In this document: one piece after another, positions 22,445 through 35,589 of the stretch | Layout: each line of letters begins with the position of its first letter | How positions within the stretch are numbered: position 1 is the first letter of the stretch | From: Macrostomum lignano | Lineage: Eukaryota | Assembly (NCBI GenBank): GCA_002269645.1 | Contig: NIVC01000035.1 | Coordinates: 797,362-861,361, forward strand | DNA: 64,000 nucleotides | Direction: 5' to 3' | The notes under the pieces: model-generated | What the model was told of the DNA's origin: nothing | What the model saw: only the letters and a program-made list of their open reading frames with translations | The model's database searches: none | Program-made: the position numbers and the translations under genes

Positions 22445-24541
22445 GTGGTCAGCAGAGAGACTGTAGAGTGTCAGGGGAGGCGTTAGCCGTTAGTGTCAGC
22501 AGAGAGACTGTAGAGTGTCAGGGAGGCGTTAGCCATTAGTGTCAGTAGAGTGTCAGGGGAGGCGGTAGCCGTTAGTGTCAGTAGAGTGTCAGGGGAGTTA
22601 CCCGTTAGTGTCAGCAGAGAGACAGTAGAGTGTCAGGGGAGGCGTTAGCTGTTAGTGTCAGTAGAGAGACAGTAGAGTGTCAGGGGAGGCGTTAGCCGTT
22701 AGTTTCAGCAGAGAGACTGTAGAGTGTCAGGGGAGGCGTTAGCCGTTAGTGTCAGTAGAGAGACAGTAGAGTGTCAGGGGAGGCGTTAGCCGTTAGTGTC
22801 AGCAGAGAGACTGTAGAGTGTCAGGGAGGCGTTAGCCATTAGTGTCAGTAGAGTGCCAGGGGAGGCGGTAGTGCCAGCAGAGAGACAATAGAGTGTCAGG
22901 GGAGGCGGTAGTGTCAGCAGAGAGACAGTAGAGTGTCAGGGGAGGCGGTAGCCGTTAGTGTCAGCAGAGAGACAGTAGAGTGTCAGGGGAGGCGGTAGCC
23001 GTTAGTGTCAGCAGAGTGTCAGGGGAGGCGTTAGCCGTTAGTGCCAGTAGAGTGTCAGGGGAGGCGTTAGCCGTTAGTGTCAGCAGAGAGACTGTAGAGT
23101 GTCAGGGGAGGCGTTAGCCGTTAGTGTCAGTAGAGTGTCAGGGGAGGCGTTAGCCGTTAGTGTCAGTAGAGTGTCAGGGGAGGCGTTAGCCGTTAGTGTC
23201 AGCAGAGAGAGAGTAGAGTGTCAGGGGAGGCGTTAGACGTTAGTGTCAGCAGAGAGACAGTAGAGTGTCAGGGGAGGCGGTAGTGTCAGCAGAGAGACAG
23301 TAGAGTGTCAGGGGAGGCGTTATCCGTTAGTGTCAGTAGAGTGTCAGGGGAGGCGTTAGCCGTTAGTGTCAGCAGAGAGACAATAGAGTGTCAGGGGAGG
23401 CGGTAGTGCCAGCAGAGAGACAATAGAGTGTCAGGGGAGGCGGTAGTGTCAGCAGAGAGACAGTAGAGTGTCAGGGGAGGCGTTAGCCGTTAGTGTCAGC
23501 AGAGAGACAATAGAGTGTCAGGGGAGGCGGTAGTGTCAGCAGAGAGACAATAGAGTGTCAGGGGAGGCGGTAGTGTCAGCAGAGAGACAGTAGAGTGTCA
23601 GGGGAGGCGTTAGCCGTTAGTGTCAGCAGAGAGACAATAGAGTGTCAGGGGAGGCGGTAGTGTCAGCAGAGAGACAATAGAGTGTCAGGGGAGGCGGTAG
23701 TGTCAGCAGAGAGAGAGTAGAGTGCCAGGGGAGGCGGTAGTGCCAGCAGAGAGACAATAGAGTGTCAGGGGAGGCGGTAGTGTCAGCAGAGAGACAGTAG
23801 AGCGTCAGGGGAGGCGGTAGCCGTTAGTGTCAGCAGAGAGACAATAGAGTGTCAGGGGAGGCGGTAGTGTCAGCAGAGAGACAATAGAGTGTCAGGGGAG
23901 GCGGTAGTGCCAGCAGAGAGACAATAGAGTGTCAGGGGAGGCGGTAGTGTCAGCAGAGAGACAGTAGAGTGTCAGGGGAGGCGTTAGCCGTTAGTGTCAG
24001 CAGAGAGACAATAGAGTGTCAGGGGAGGCGGTAGTGTCAGCAGAGAGACAATAGAGTGTCAGGGGAGGCGGTAGTGTCAGCAGAGAGACAGTAGAGTGTC
24101 AGGGGAGGCGTTAGCCGTTAGTGTCAGCAGAGAGACAATAGAGTGTCAGGGGAGGCGGTAGTGTCAGCAGAGAGACAATAGAGTGTCAGGGGAGGCGGTA
24201 GTGTCAGCAGAGAGAGAGTAGAGTGCCAGGGGAGGTGGTAGTGTCAGCAGAGAGACAATAGAGTGTCAGGGGAGGCGGTAGTGTCAGGAGAGAGAGTAGA
24301 GTGTCAGGGGAGGCGTTAGCCGTTAGTGTCAGCAGAGAGACAATAGAGTGTCAGGGGAGGCGGTAGTGTCAGCAGAGAGACAATAGAGTGTCAGGGGAGG
24401 CGGTAGTGTCAGCAGAGAGACAATAGAGTGTCAGGGGAGGCGGTAGTGTCAGCAGAGAGACAGTAGAGTGTCAGGGGAGGCGGTAGTGTCAGCAGAGAGA
24501 CAGTAGAGTGTCAGGGGAGGCGGTAGTGTCAGCAGAGAGAC
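22445..24541. repeat. Compound minisatellite built from TAGAGTGTCAGGGGAGGCG / TTAGCCG / TAGTGTCAGCAGAGAGAC blocks
   Basis: Directly visible, 2.1 kb. Confidence 0.95.
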
Positions 24542-25074
24542 ACGGAAATCAAACGGAAAAAAATTAAGAACGACAAAATGAGAAAGGCAAAAACATCGAC
24601 TTTGTTCTAAAGCTAAATTGACGTCAATTTTTCAGAAGTTATTACTTTTGTTTTATATTTTATCTTTGTATAGTTTTAAGTCTAGAAAACAGCAGGTGCG
24701 CGCAGACGTTTCTCATTATTTAACAACCAAAAACAAACAAGTTATTAAATTCGCATTGCATGTTTGGTGCAGAAGTTGCGTTGGGGTTGTGACGTAGGTG
24801 GTGGAACTAAAAAAACGCCAGAAGCTCAATCATGCATGCAAAAAAGCAGGGTCAAATGTTTCAACAGTATTTTTATTGGTTTCAGCCTCAAAAGTGGGGA
24901 TATGGGGCTGTTAATTTAATAGAAAACTATGCAATAAACATTATTGTTAAGTACACTCAAACGATGGTTGGTTCGGAGACTGGAATGAGAGTGCGTAGAT
25001 GTAAATGTACGAGTACATTAAAATGACGGTTGGTTAGGCGGGGGGCGGGGGCTTGGGCTTGGAGGGATCGAGGG

Positions 25075-25440
25075 AGTGCGTATATTCAAGCGATGGTTTT
25101 CTGGGGGACTGGGCCACAATCGGGCGATAGTTTTTTGGGGGGGGGACTATGCCGAAGAAAGAGCGTACATTCAAGCGATAGTTTTCTGGGGGGACTGGGC
25201 CACAATCGGGCGATAGTTTTCGGGGGGGGGGGCTGGGCCGGGAATGTGCGTACATTCAAGCGATAGTTTTCTGGGGGGACTGGGCCACAATCGGGCGATA
25301 GTTTTCTGGGGGGGGGGCTGGGCCGGGAATATGCGTACATTCAAGCGATAGTTTTCTGGGGGGACTGGGCCACAATCGGGCGATAGTTTTCTGGGGGGGG
25401 GGGGGCTGGGCCGGGAATGTGCGTACATTCAAGCGATGTT
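25075..25440. repeat. About 86-bp G-run-rich tandem repeat, about 4 copies
   Basis: CGTACATTCAAGCGAT recurs every 85-86 bp. Confidence 0.9.
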
Positions 25441-26147
25441 TAGCTTGAAAAGAGCCCTACAATCAAGTGATGGGCTTTGGGAGAATGGCATTCATTCAGA
25501 AGTGAGGCGGGTGAATGTACACTGTACACATAGGCCTTGGAGAGTAAGGTCATGAGGGCATGTACCTTTGGTTAGCTTAGTTGCGTACACTATACCCTGA
25601 AAAAGACGTAAATTGATTATATTAATACGAGCGTTATTATTATCGAATTGAAGCACAATATTAGCTAGTTTTCAATTAACAAATTTTTCTAATTTTCAAG
25701 ATTATCAGGCTTACGAAATGACGAAACTATGATTTCATTCAAAACAACGGAAGTCGAAGGGAAGGTAAAATAAGAGACGCAGAATATGAAAACTGCAGTT
25801 ACAAAAATAACAAAAAATAAGAAAATACGGTATCTTTAAGGTCACCGTTGAATATAATTAATAAACAAGCAGAACGAACGGTGCACTGCATACGACCTAA
25901 GTTATTATATAGAAATTTGAGCGCGGAGTAAAGACTGAAGGACAAATGAGACACAGAATGAATTTACAATAAACACGTGTTTAAAATGGAAGGCCAGTTT
26001 CTACTGTAGTATGTAGTCGATCTTACTTTTATACTTTCTACAATTAGTTTTAATAGACTAGTCTGAACAAGCTAAGATTATGTACTATGAGCAGGGATAG
26101 GAGCTGAAGGAAGAAAGACAAGGTAGATGTAATTAATTGCGCGATTA

Positions 26148-26430
26148 GTGCTGGCGCCCGTTGGTGCTGGTGCCCCTTGGTGCTGGCGCCCCTTGGTGCT
26201 GGCGCCCCTTGGTGCTGGCGCCCCTTGGTGCTGGCGCCCCTTGGTGCTGGCGCCCCTTGGTGCTGGCGCCCCTTGGTGCTGGCGCCCCTTGGTGCTGGCG
26301 CCCCTTGGTGCTGGCGCCTCTTGGTGCTGGCGCCCCTTGGTGCTGGCGCCCCTTGGTGCTGGCGCCCCTTGGTGCTGGCACCCCTTGGTGCTGGCGCCCC
26401 TTGGTGCTGGCGCCCCTTGGTGCTGGTGCC
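26148..26430. repeat. 16-bp tandem repeat GGTGCTGGCGCCCCTT
   Basis: About 17 copies. Confidence 0.95.
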
Positions 26431-26464
26431 TCCCCCCTCCACCCCCAAGATGACGTCCCTTACG

Positions 26465-26620
26465 ATGGCGCCGAAAAGATGGCGCCCCCAAGACGGCACC
26501 CCAAAGACGGCGTCCCCAAGACGGCGCCTTCAAGACGGCATCCGCAAGACGGCGCTCCCAAGACGGCGCCCCCAAGACGGCGCCATCAAGACGGCGCCCC
26601 CAAGATGGCGCCCCCAAGGC
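26465..26620. repeat. 14-bp tandem repeat CAAGACGGCGCCCC
   Basis: About 10 degenerate copies. Confidence 0.85.
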
Positions 26621-26752
26621 GCACTACCCATAATAAAAAGCCCTGGCTTGGCCCCGCGAAAACCCAATCGTAAAAAACCTGACGGTTAATTAAAAATCGC
26701 GCAGTGCGAAGAAACAGATTCAAATCAAGAAGTTGTGATGTCATCCGGCAGT

Positions 26753-27055
26753 TTACAGACCGGTTTCAAGAGTTTCCCTAGCAACGCCCGGTTGGCTGCA
26801 GTGGTCAGCCAGTCGCTCGTAGTCTCGCACCAGAGCGTTGAGCACGTCCGACAGGGACACCATGCCGGTGACTCGATTGTCTTGGTCCACTATAACCAGC
26901 CGGTGCACTTCGTCTTGGACCAGCTGGTCAATCACAGCTTTCAGCGTGGCATCCGAGCTGCACTTGCTGACACCTTCGAAGCGCTCGCGTCTGTATTGGA
27001 GAGCCTCGGCTACGGAGATGTCCAAGTTGTTGTACGTTTTCGTAGCGGCCAGGTT
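26753..27055 (-). CDS. PRKAG: AMP-activated protein kinase gamma subunit, terminal exon (CBS4)
   Basis: NLAATKTYNNLDISV...EVHRLVIVD...GMVSLSDVL; phase-0 acceptor; stop at 26755-26753. Confidence 0.95.
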   Translation of the reverse strand, partial: NLAATKTYNNLDISVAEALQYRRERFEGVSKCSSDATLKAVIDQLVQDEVHRLVIVDQDNRVTGMVSLSDVLNALVRDYERLADHCSQPGVARETLETGL

Positions 27056-27499
27056 CTGCAAAGTTAAATTTATTTAATGATTAAGATTTAAACCACCTCT
27101 ATTAGGCTGAGCCACACAATAGAAATGAAGCGGAATACCTTGGAGAAGAGGCGGTCTAGGTCATGGACGAGGTGAGGGAGGCGGGAGAGAGGGAAGAGAA
27201 AGGGATAGGAAGAGACCAGAGACTGTTGGAGGAAAAATACTAGAAAGGAAGACAGAGCCAGAGATGAAGAAGAAAGGTACATGGAGAGGGAGATGGAGAT
27301 GAAGAGGAGAGGGAGAGGAGAGAAGATGGAGAGGAGAGGGAGAGGAGAGGGAGAGGAGAGGAGATGGAGAGGAGAGGGAGAGGAGAGGGAGAGGAGAGGA
27401 GAGGGAGAGGAGAGGGAGAGGAGAGGGAGAGGAGAGGAGATGGAGAGGAGAGAGAGACAGTTGTTCATGCAAGACTCAGCAGCCAGCTAGAAAGCTCAC

Positions 27500-27938
27500 A
27501 ATCACGTCGAACTTGGAGTAGATATCGGTGAGGCGGCCATCCGAGCTCAGCACAGGCAGAGCGCTGACCCTGTTCTGCACAAACAGCGACAGGACTTTCA
27601 CTAACGAAGTGGTCCCGCTGACCGTAACAATATTAGAATGGGTGCCGATGCCCAGCTGGATAATCGGTTGGTCCAGCCAGCCGGGCATGGGCAGCTGGTG
27701 GGCGTACAGGCAGATGAATTTCAGCACCCGCTTGTGAGTGACAATGTACAGCGCGTTGCCAGTTAGCGGATCGATAACCGGCAGGCGGTGGACTCGCGAG
27801 TGAAGCAGGACTCGAATAGCGTCGTAGAGTGAAGCCTCAGGCGAGATCCAAGTCAAAGGTTTGAGCTGACTGCTTAATTCGGCTTGCCAGGTGCTGATGC
27901 GATGCGTCTCCAGCACCTCCATGGGGACGAGGGCGGAC
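27500..27938 (-). CDS. PRKAG: AMPK gamma exon (CBS2-CBS3)
   Basis: SALVPMEVLETHRISTW...VHRLPVIDPLTGNALYIVTHKRVLKF...VSALPV...DIYSKFDVI; splice phases (2 in, 0 out) match the neighbouring exons. Confidence 0.95.
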
Positions 27939-27997
27939 CTGGCCAGGGCGAGAGGCGTGTGGGGCTTATTAACGACATCTGGCTGCGGATTTGGATT

Positions 27998-28259
27998 AGA
28001 GGCATTACTGCCCATTCCGCCGACTCCCCTGAGCATGCACACACTCGCACAGGAGTGTAAAGCGGACCTAACTTTATCTATCGTTGAGCATGTACACTTC
28101 ACTGTGTCTTGATAGGGGGTTGGCCCTCAAGGTCGTTGATTGCAGATTTAAGCCCAGATTCCAAGTTACCCCCCCCCAATTAGTATGACTGCACTTGGAA
28201 TCGAGCATAGGCCGGTGGAATATGAGAGCGCTGCGGTAGACCATTAGGCAACGGCCCCC
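27998..28259 (-). mobile_element. tRNA-derived SINE (family 2)
   Basis: A box TTGCCTAATGG and B box TGCTCGATTCC; body homologous to 62842-63128 and to a fragment at about 18765-18826. Confidence 0.8.
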
Positions 28260-28677
28260 AAATCATTAGGGTAACTGAAAAAGAGAAAAACACACTGGAT
28301 AACAAGATATTGCACCTTTGTATATCCGATATGTAGCGTTAATTACTGGTTGTGTTGTGTTGGTACTTTGTCATCTTTGACCCTTGCTACTTGCTATAAT
28401 TACTTACTGCTCGCTGGTTGGCTGGCTGGGAGCTTTTCTCTCTACCCCTGTCTGTCTGTCTACCCCTCCCCAAACCCTGGCTGGCCAATGCGCATTATTT
28501 TCTCTCCTTGCGCGGCGGCGATTGGCTGGGGGCTGTCTGCGCGGTTAGGGGTTGGGGTGGCGGGGCTTTAAACTTGCCTTTCCCCTTGCTGCGGGCTGAA
28601 CCGTTAGGCGCTCACACACACAAACGGTACGCACTTACACAGTGTGTCCGGCGGCCCCGACTGTCTCAATTTCTCAC

Positions 28678-29200
28678 CTGTAGTACTTGTGCAGAATGTA
28701 GATGAAATCAGTCACAGTGAGTATGCCAACAAATTTCTGCCTGTCCGAGTCCCACAGCGGCGCAGCTCTCAGGCCGTTGTAGACCAAAGCAAAGAATGCC
28801 TTCCTCACGTTGAGGTTGGTGTCAAACACCAGCAGCTTGCTGCTAGTTGGAATCAAATCGTAGCAAGTGTGATGGCGGGTGAACAGCTCAAACACTTGGC
28901 TTGGCTGGCCCAGCGCCAGCTCCAGTTGAATCTCCTCCAGGTTGGCACTGAAGCAGTCCGATTTCTGGCATTTGGACTTGAAGATGATGTACTTGTCATT
29001 CTCGGTCACCTGCACGTCCTTAGTGCTCAAGGTGGCGGCGCCAGACAAGGTGCGCCGACGCCCGCAGCAGCCCAGATCCGGGGCGCCAGAATTGGAGCCA
29101 GCAACGGCGCCAACAGCGCTTGGCGCAGCTAAACGAGCCGGCATTGGCAGGTTGGGGCCGGAGAGGCGCCGGGAACGAGCCTGGGACTCTGCTACGGCAG
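28678..29200 (-). CDS. PRKAG: AMPK gamma exon (linker plus CBS1); acceptor at 29200 (phase 1) or 29180 (phase 0)
   Basis: [18 protein letters not shown]...[19 protein letters not shown]...[11 protein letters not shown]; donor AG|GTGAGA. Confidence 0.93.
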
Positions 29201-29500
29201 CTGGGGACAAAATGCTGCACTGGCCTGTGGGACCGTTTGAGATGGAAATTCTTAATTACTAGGTAAAATCCACATATACTAGAGTATCTGTGGTCATTAC
29301 TAGCTATTAAGACTGAATCAAATATAAAATTAACAAAGTAAAACAAAGAAAATCTACACAAAATTCAAACTAATCATTAAACTCGTGAAACAAATTTACA
29401 GAGCAAACATAACTTTCTGAGGCTTCGTCTGTTTTTAACTAACGAATTCAAAATGAATTGAATTAACAGTAGGAATACCAAGCCATTTTTCCGCCCGTCG

Positions 29501-32500
29501 AAAAATTTCCCCCCCCCCCTGACAATTTTTTTTGCTGCGCCGGAACGGAGCAACGCAGGCACACGAAATTCAAGAACACGGGCTAACTTTTTGTTGCGCA
29601 CCTTCTCAAACAAGAATCAAGTCGCCAGCCCTTCGGACCCTCGAGATATTCGACGATTCTGCCAGAAGGTCGGATTTTTCCCATAAGCGCTAGTGTATTC
29701 AGTACACCCCTGTGCGCCAAATAGCACTGCGCCTCAGTGCAGCCTTGCCAAGTCTCCAAATTTCATCAGCACGTCGACCAAATGTGTCTGCATCAGTTCT
29801 GACTTCGTTGGTTACTGGCCTTCCCCGAGACGGAGCTTCTAGACCTTCAACAGGTGGCACCAGGTGACTATGAACACCTTGATGCGAGTTTCTCTAGTTT
29901 CACCGATCAAGCCTCGACAGTAGGCAAGCCTCAACTGCCAGACACCCTCAGCTAGTCTCCTGAGCATTCCTTCATCATCCCGACACCGTCGGCACCTTCA
30001 ACAGGTGGCATCAGGTGACTATGGACGTCCTGTTGCAAATATGTCAGGTCTTTCTTATCAAGCTTCAATAATGGGCAAACCTCAACCGACGGACATTGTC
30101 AGCTAGTCTCTCAAGCATTCCGTCATCATCCCGACACCGTCGGCTCCTTCAACAGATGACACCAAGTGACTATGGACACCCTGATGCGAATTTCTCTAGT
30201 TTCGCCGATCAAGCCTCGACAGTGGGCAAGCCTAACTGCTGGACATTCTCAGCTAGTCTCTCAAGCATTCCGTCATCATCCCGACGCCGTCGGCTCCTTC
30301 AACAGATGACACCAAGTGACTATGGACACCCTGATGCGAATTTCTCTAGTTTCGCCGATCAAGCCTCGATAGTGGGCAAAAATCAACTGCTGGACATTCT
30401 CAGCTAGTCTCTCAAGCCTTCCGTCATCATCCCGACACCGTCGGCACCTTCAACAGGTGGCATCAGGTGACTATGGACGTCCTTTTGCAACTATGTCAGG
30501 TCTTTCTTATCAAGCTTCAATAATGGGCAAACCTCAACCAACGGACATTGTCAGCTAGTCTCTCAAGCATTCCGTCATCACCCCGATGACGTCGGCACAT
30601 TCAACAAATGACACCAGATGACTATGGACAACCTGATGCTGATTTCTCTAGTTTCGCCGATCAAGCCTCGACAGTGGGCAAAAATCAACTGCTGGACATT
30701 CTCAGCTAGTCTCTCAAGCCTTCCGTCATCATCCCGACGCCGTCGGCTCCTTCAACAGATTACACCAGGTGACTATGGACAGCCTGTTGCAAATATGTCA
30801 GGTTTTTCTTATCAAGCTTCAATAATGAGCAAACCTCAACTGCTGGACATCCTCAGCTAGTCAGTCAAGCATTCAGCCATCACCCCGACGCCGTCGGCAC
30901 CTTCAACAGGTGGCACCAGGGGAGTAAGGACACCTGAGCGTGATTTTTCATCATGCTCTTAACATTTCTGAATCATTAAAAAATGAAAAACGGATTGAAT
31001 TTACTGGCTTCTGTAGGGCGTAGTCCGTGCGCTGCACTCTCTGCCCCACATTATTATTCATGACTCATTCTCTCGCCTAAACTTGTTTACCAATTCTCGA
31101 CCAATCGCGCATCGCTGCACCCCACCCCACAATATTGACTAATAAATATATTGAGTAAACAGAGCCATACAGAGGCCACCTTTTCGGCACGCAAACCCAG
31201 ACTTCACAGCTTCTTAGAAGCATAACCCTTTCTGCATAAAAATTGGGTTCAATATTATAGTTGAATAAACTAAACAGCTTTTCGAATAAAATATTTATGT
31301 AGCTCGTATGCATAAAAGTATGTGTAATAATAATATAAATATACAGCAACATGAGTTCAAGCTTAACTATAGCAATGTCCGTGCTTTGAAAATTTTGAGA
31401 GCTTCAGAAATGTTAAGAGCATGATGAAAAATCACGCTCAGGTGTCCTTACTCCCCTGGTGCCACCTGTTGAAGGTGCCGACGGCGTCGGGGTGATGGCT
31501 GAATGCTTGACTGACTAGCTGAGGATGTCCAGCAGTTGAGGTTTGCTCATTATTGAAGCTTGATAAGAAAAACCTGACATATTTGCAACAGGCTGTCCAT
31601 AGTCACCTGGTGTAATCTGTTGAAGGAGCCGACGGCGTCGGGATGATGACGGAAGGCTTGAGAGACTAGCTGAGAATGTCCAGCAGTTGATTTTTGCCCA
31701 CTGTCGAGGCTTGATCGGCGAAACTAGAGAAATCAGCATCAGGTTGTCCATAGTCATCTGGTGTCATTTGTTGAATGTGCCGACGTCATCGGGGTGATGA
31801 CGGAATGCTTGAGAGACTAGCTGACAATGTCCGTTGGTTGAGGTTTGCCCATTATTGAAGCTTGATAAGAAAGACCTGACATAGTTGCAAAAGGACGTCC
31901 ATAGTCACCTGATGCCACCTGTTGAAGGTGCCGACGGTGTCGGGATGATGACGGAAGGCTTGAGAGACTAGCTGAGAATGTCCAGCAGTTGATTTTTGCC
32001 CACTATCGAGGCTTGATCGGCGAAACTAGAGAAATTCGCATCAGGGTGTCCATAGTCACTTGGTGTCATCTGTTGAAGGAGCCGACGGCGTCGGGATGAT
32101 GACGGAATGCTTGAGAGACTAGCTGAGAATGTCCAGCAGTTAGGCTTGCCCACTGTCGAGGCTTGATCGGCGAAACTAGAGAAATTCGCATCAGGGTGTC
32201 CATAGTCACTTGGTGTCATCTGTTGAAGGAGCCGACGGTGTCGGGATGATGACGGAATGCTTGAGAGACTAGCTGACAATGTCCGTCGGTTGAGGTTTGC
32301 CCATTATTGAAGCTTGATAAGAAAGACCTGACATATTTGCAACAGGACGTCCATAGTCACCTGATGCCACCTGTTGAAGGTGCCGACGGTGTCGGGATGA
32401 TGAAGGAATGCTCAGGAGACTAGCTGAGGGTGTCTGGCAGTTGAGGCTTGCCTACTGTCGAGGCTTGATCGGTGAAACTAGAGAAACTCGCATCAAGGTG

Positions 32501-32874
32501 TTCATAGTCACCTGGTGCCACCTGTTGAAGGTCTAGAAGCTCCGTCTCGGGGAAGGCCAGTAACCAACGAAGTCAGAACTGATGCAGACACATTTGGTCG
32601 ACGTGCTGATGAAATTTGGAGACTTGGCAAGGCTGCACTGAGGCGCAGTGCTATTTGGCGCACAGGGGTGTACTGAATACACTAGCGCTTATGGGAAAAA
32701 TCCGACCTTCTGGCAGAATCGTCGAATATCTCGAGGGTCCGAAGGGCTGGCGACTTGATTCTTGTTTGAGAAGGTGCGCAACAAAAAGTTAGCCCGTGTT
32801 CTTGAATTTCGTGTGCCTGCGTTGCTCCGTTCCGGCGCAGCAAAAAAAATTGTCAGGGGGGGGGGGAAATTTTT
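29501..32874. mobile_element. Foldback-like element: 1472-bp inverted arms (29501-30972 / 31403-32874) built from about 151-bp subrepeats, with a 430-bp spacer
   Basis: Mirror ORFs and both arm ends share the coordinate sum 62375 (no indel); spot checks are identical. CAGCTAGT recurs at 29949, 30100, 30250, 30401, 30552, 30703 and 30854. No transposase. Confidence 0.9.
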
Positions 32875-32986
32875 CCCCCCCTCTTGGTAGTTCTACTGTT
32901 AAATTGAATTAAATTGTAAGTTGATTAAAACAAATCAATCAATCAAATCAAACTAATTTAATTCAAGCTAATAGAATATTCCGAAG

Positions 32987-33955
32987 CCTAGGCTGCACTG
33001 GAGAGGGAGTTGGACCATAGACTATTGTGAGACCTAGGCTGCACTGGAGAGGGAGTTGGACCATAGACTATTGTGAGACCTAGGCTGCACTGGAGAGGGA
33101 GTTGGACCATAGACTATTCCGACGCCTAGGCTGCACTGGAGAGGGAGTTGGACCATAGACTATTGTGACACCTAGGCTGCACTGGAGAGGGAGTTGGACC
33201 ATAGACTATTGTGACACCTAGGCTGCACTGGAGAGGGAGTTGGACCATAGACTATTGTGACACCTAGGCTGCACTGGAGAGGGAGTTGGACCATAGACTA
33301 TTGTGACACCTAGGCTGCACTGGAGAGGGAGTTGGACCATAGACTATTGTGACACCTAGGCTGCACTGGAGAGGGAGTTGGACCAGAGACTTTTGTGAGA
33401 CCTAGGCTGCACTGGAGAGGGAGTTGGACCAGAGACTTTTGTGAGACCTAGGCTGCACTGGAGAGGGAGTTGGACCATAGACTTTTGTGAGACCTAGGCT
33501 GCACTGGAGAGGGAGTTGGACCATAGACTATTGTGACACCTAGGCTGCACTGGAGAGGGAGTTGGACCATAGACTATTGTGACACCTAGGCTGCACTGGA
33601 GAGGGAGTTGGACCATAGACTATTGTGACACCTAGGCTGCACTGGAGAGGGAGTTGGACCATAGACTTTTGTGAGACCTAGGCTGCACTGGAGAGGGAGT
33701 TGGACCAGAGACTTTTGTGAGACCTAGGCTGCACTGGAGAGGGAGTTGGACCATAGACTATTGTGACACCTAGGCTGCACTGGAGAGGGAGTTGGACCAG
33801 AGACTCTTGTGAGACCTAGGCTGCACTGGAGAGGGAGTTGGACCATAGACTATTGTGACACCTAGGCTGCACTGGAGAGGGAGTTGGACCATAGACTATT
33901 GTGACGCCTAAGCTACACTGAGGGAGGGACTTGGGCCATAGACTATTCGACACCT
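32987..33955. repeat. 46-bp tandem repeat CCTAGGCTGCACTGGAGAGGGAGTTGGACCATAGACTATTGTGACA
   Basis: About 21 copies. Confidence 0.95.
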
Positions 33956-34484
33956 AAACCAATTGAATTTAATTTAATAACATTCAATTAACTGAACCAA
34001 AAATTAAAGAAATTAAGTTTAACTGAGACTAAACTTTATTATAATGCCTTGCAGTTTGAAGCTGCAACAATCCACTTAACTCACCCTCAACATCAGCCGA
34101 GTGGCTCAGATTTTCAAACAGATCGCGATGTCTGTCTTGAATATTGCCGGCCTGTGGCGGGTATGAGTTCTGTGGGAACAAAAATTTACAGTGAATTATA
34201 TACTTAAGTATGTTATACCTAGAACCAATAAATCTCACAAGTTATCACTTTTATCTAATGCACTTATTGGAGGAAAAATTATCAGAAAAAACGCGCGCAA
34301 TATTCACAGTCTACTGATAGTAAAGTGCAAAGTAAATCAAACCTTTCATATTAAGTGCCAATATATCTAAGATATTATAATGATTATTATCGAAAGAAAC
34401 AAGCTTTATAATAGGTTTATAATCGCGTTTAGTAAAAGCAATAATCGCAAGCATAATCACGGATAAAGAAATTGACTTTAAACG

Positions 34485-35165
34485 CAGGTGGGCCATAGAC
34501 TATTCTCACATTTTAGACGGAAAGGAGGGAGTTGGGCCATAGACTATTCTGACGCCTAGGCTGCACTAAAGAGCGAGTTGGGCCATAGACTATTGTGACA
34601 CCTAGGCTACACTGAGGGAGGGACTTTGGCTATAGACTATTGTGACACCTAGGCTACACTGAGGGAGGGACTTTGGCCATAGACTATTGTGACACCTAGG
34701 CTACACTGAGGAGGGACTTGGGCCATAGACTATTGTGACACCTAGGCTACACTGAGGGAGGGACTTTGGCTATAGACTATTGTGACACCTAAGCTACACT
34801 GAGGGAGGGACTTTGGCTATAGACTATTGTGACACCTAGGCTACACTGAGGGAGGGACTTTGGCCATAGACTATTGTGACACCTAGGCTACTCTGAGGAG
34901 GGACTTGGGCCATAGACTATTGTGACACCTAGGCTACACTGAGGGAGGGACTTTGGCTATAGACTATTGTGACACCTAAGCTACACTGAGGGAGGGACTT
35001 TGGCTATAGACTATTGTGACACCTAGGCTACACTGAGGGAGGGACTTTGGCCATAGACTATTGTGACACCTAGGCTACACTGAGGAGGGACTTGGGCCAT
35101 AGACTATTGTGACACCTAGGCTACACTGAGGGAGGGACTTTGGCCATAGACTGTTCCACACCTAA
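34485..35165. repeat. 46-47-bp tandem repeat related to the 32987 array
   Basis: CCTAGGCTACACTGAGGGAGGGACTTTGGCCATAGACTATTGTGACA, about 14 copies. Confidence 0.95.
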
Positions 35166-35589
35166 GCTACTGGGGAGAATGATGCTAAATTTATAGAAAA
35201 TAATTAGCAACCATAACGTTAGCGATAAAAATGTAGAGTTTATTAAGAAAATCACGGCACAGACTACACAATGGGCACTAGAAATGGTTGAGTGCACGAG
35301 ACATTTGCTCATTAATGAGCAATTAAGCAACTGTGGGATCTTACCGGGTTGCTGTAAGACTCATCCACTGAAATAGCCTAAAATACCAATCGGAATGATG
35401 TGTACTTTATGTTTAGTTAGTACTAGAAGCAAATAAACAAGATTATATTGTCATAGGCTTTATGCAAATTTTCCGAGTAGTTATAATATTTTTTCCGAAT
35501 AAACAGTAAAAAGACACTGTGTTTTTATGATAGATCAGGGAAATTCCTTAGCTAGGAAACCCCGTCATGGGATTCCATAAACGAGGAAA

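Noticed and set aside
29949-30900. 50-aa coding repeat (DYG-P-AN-S-QAS-GKP) in the inverted-repeat arms; the two unit types differ more at third codon positions
   Set aside because: Most units are 151 bp, so the frame breaks every unit, and the sample is only about 24 codons. Too weak to call coding.
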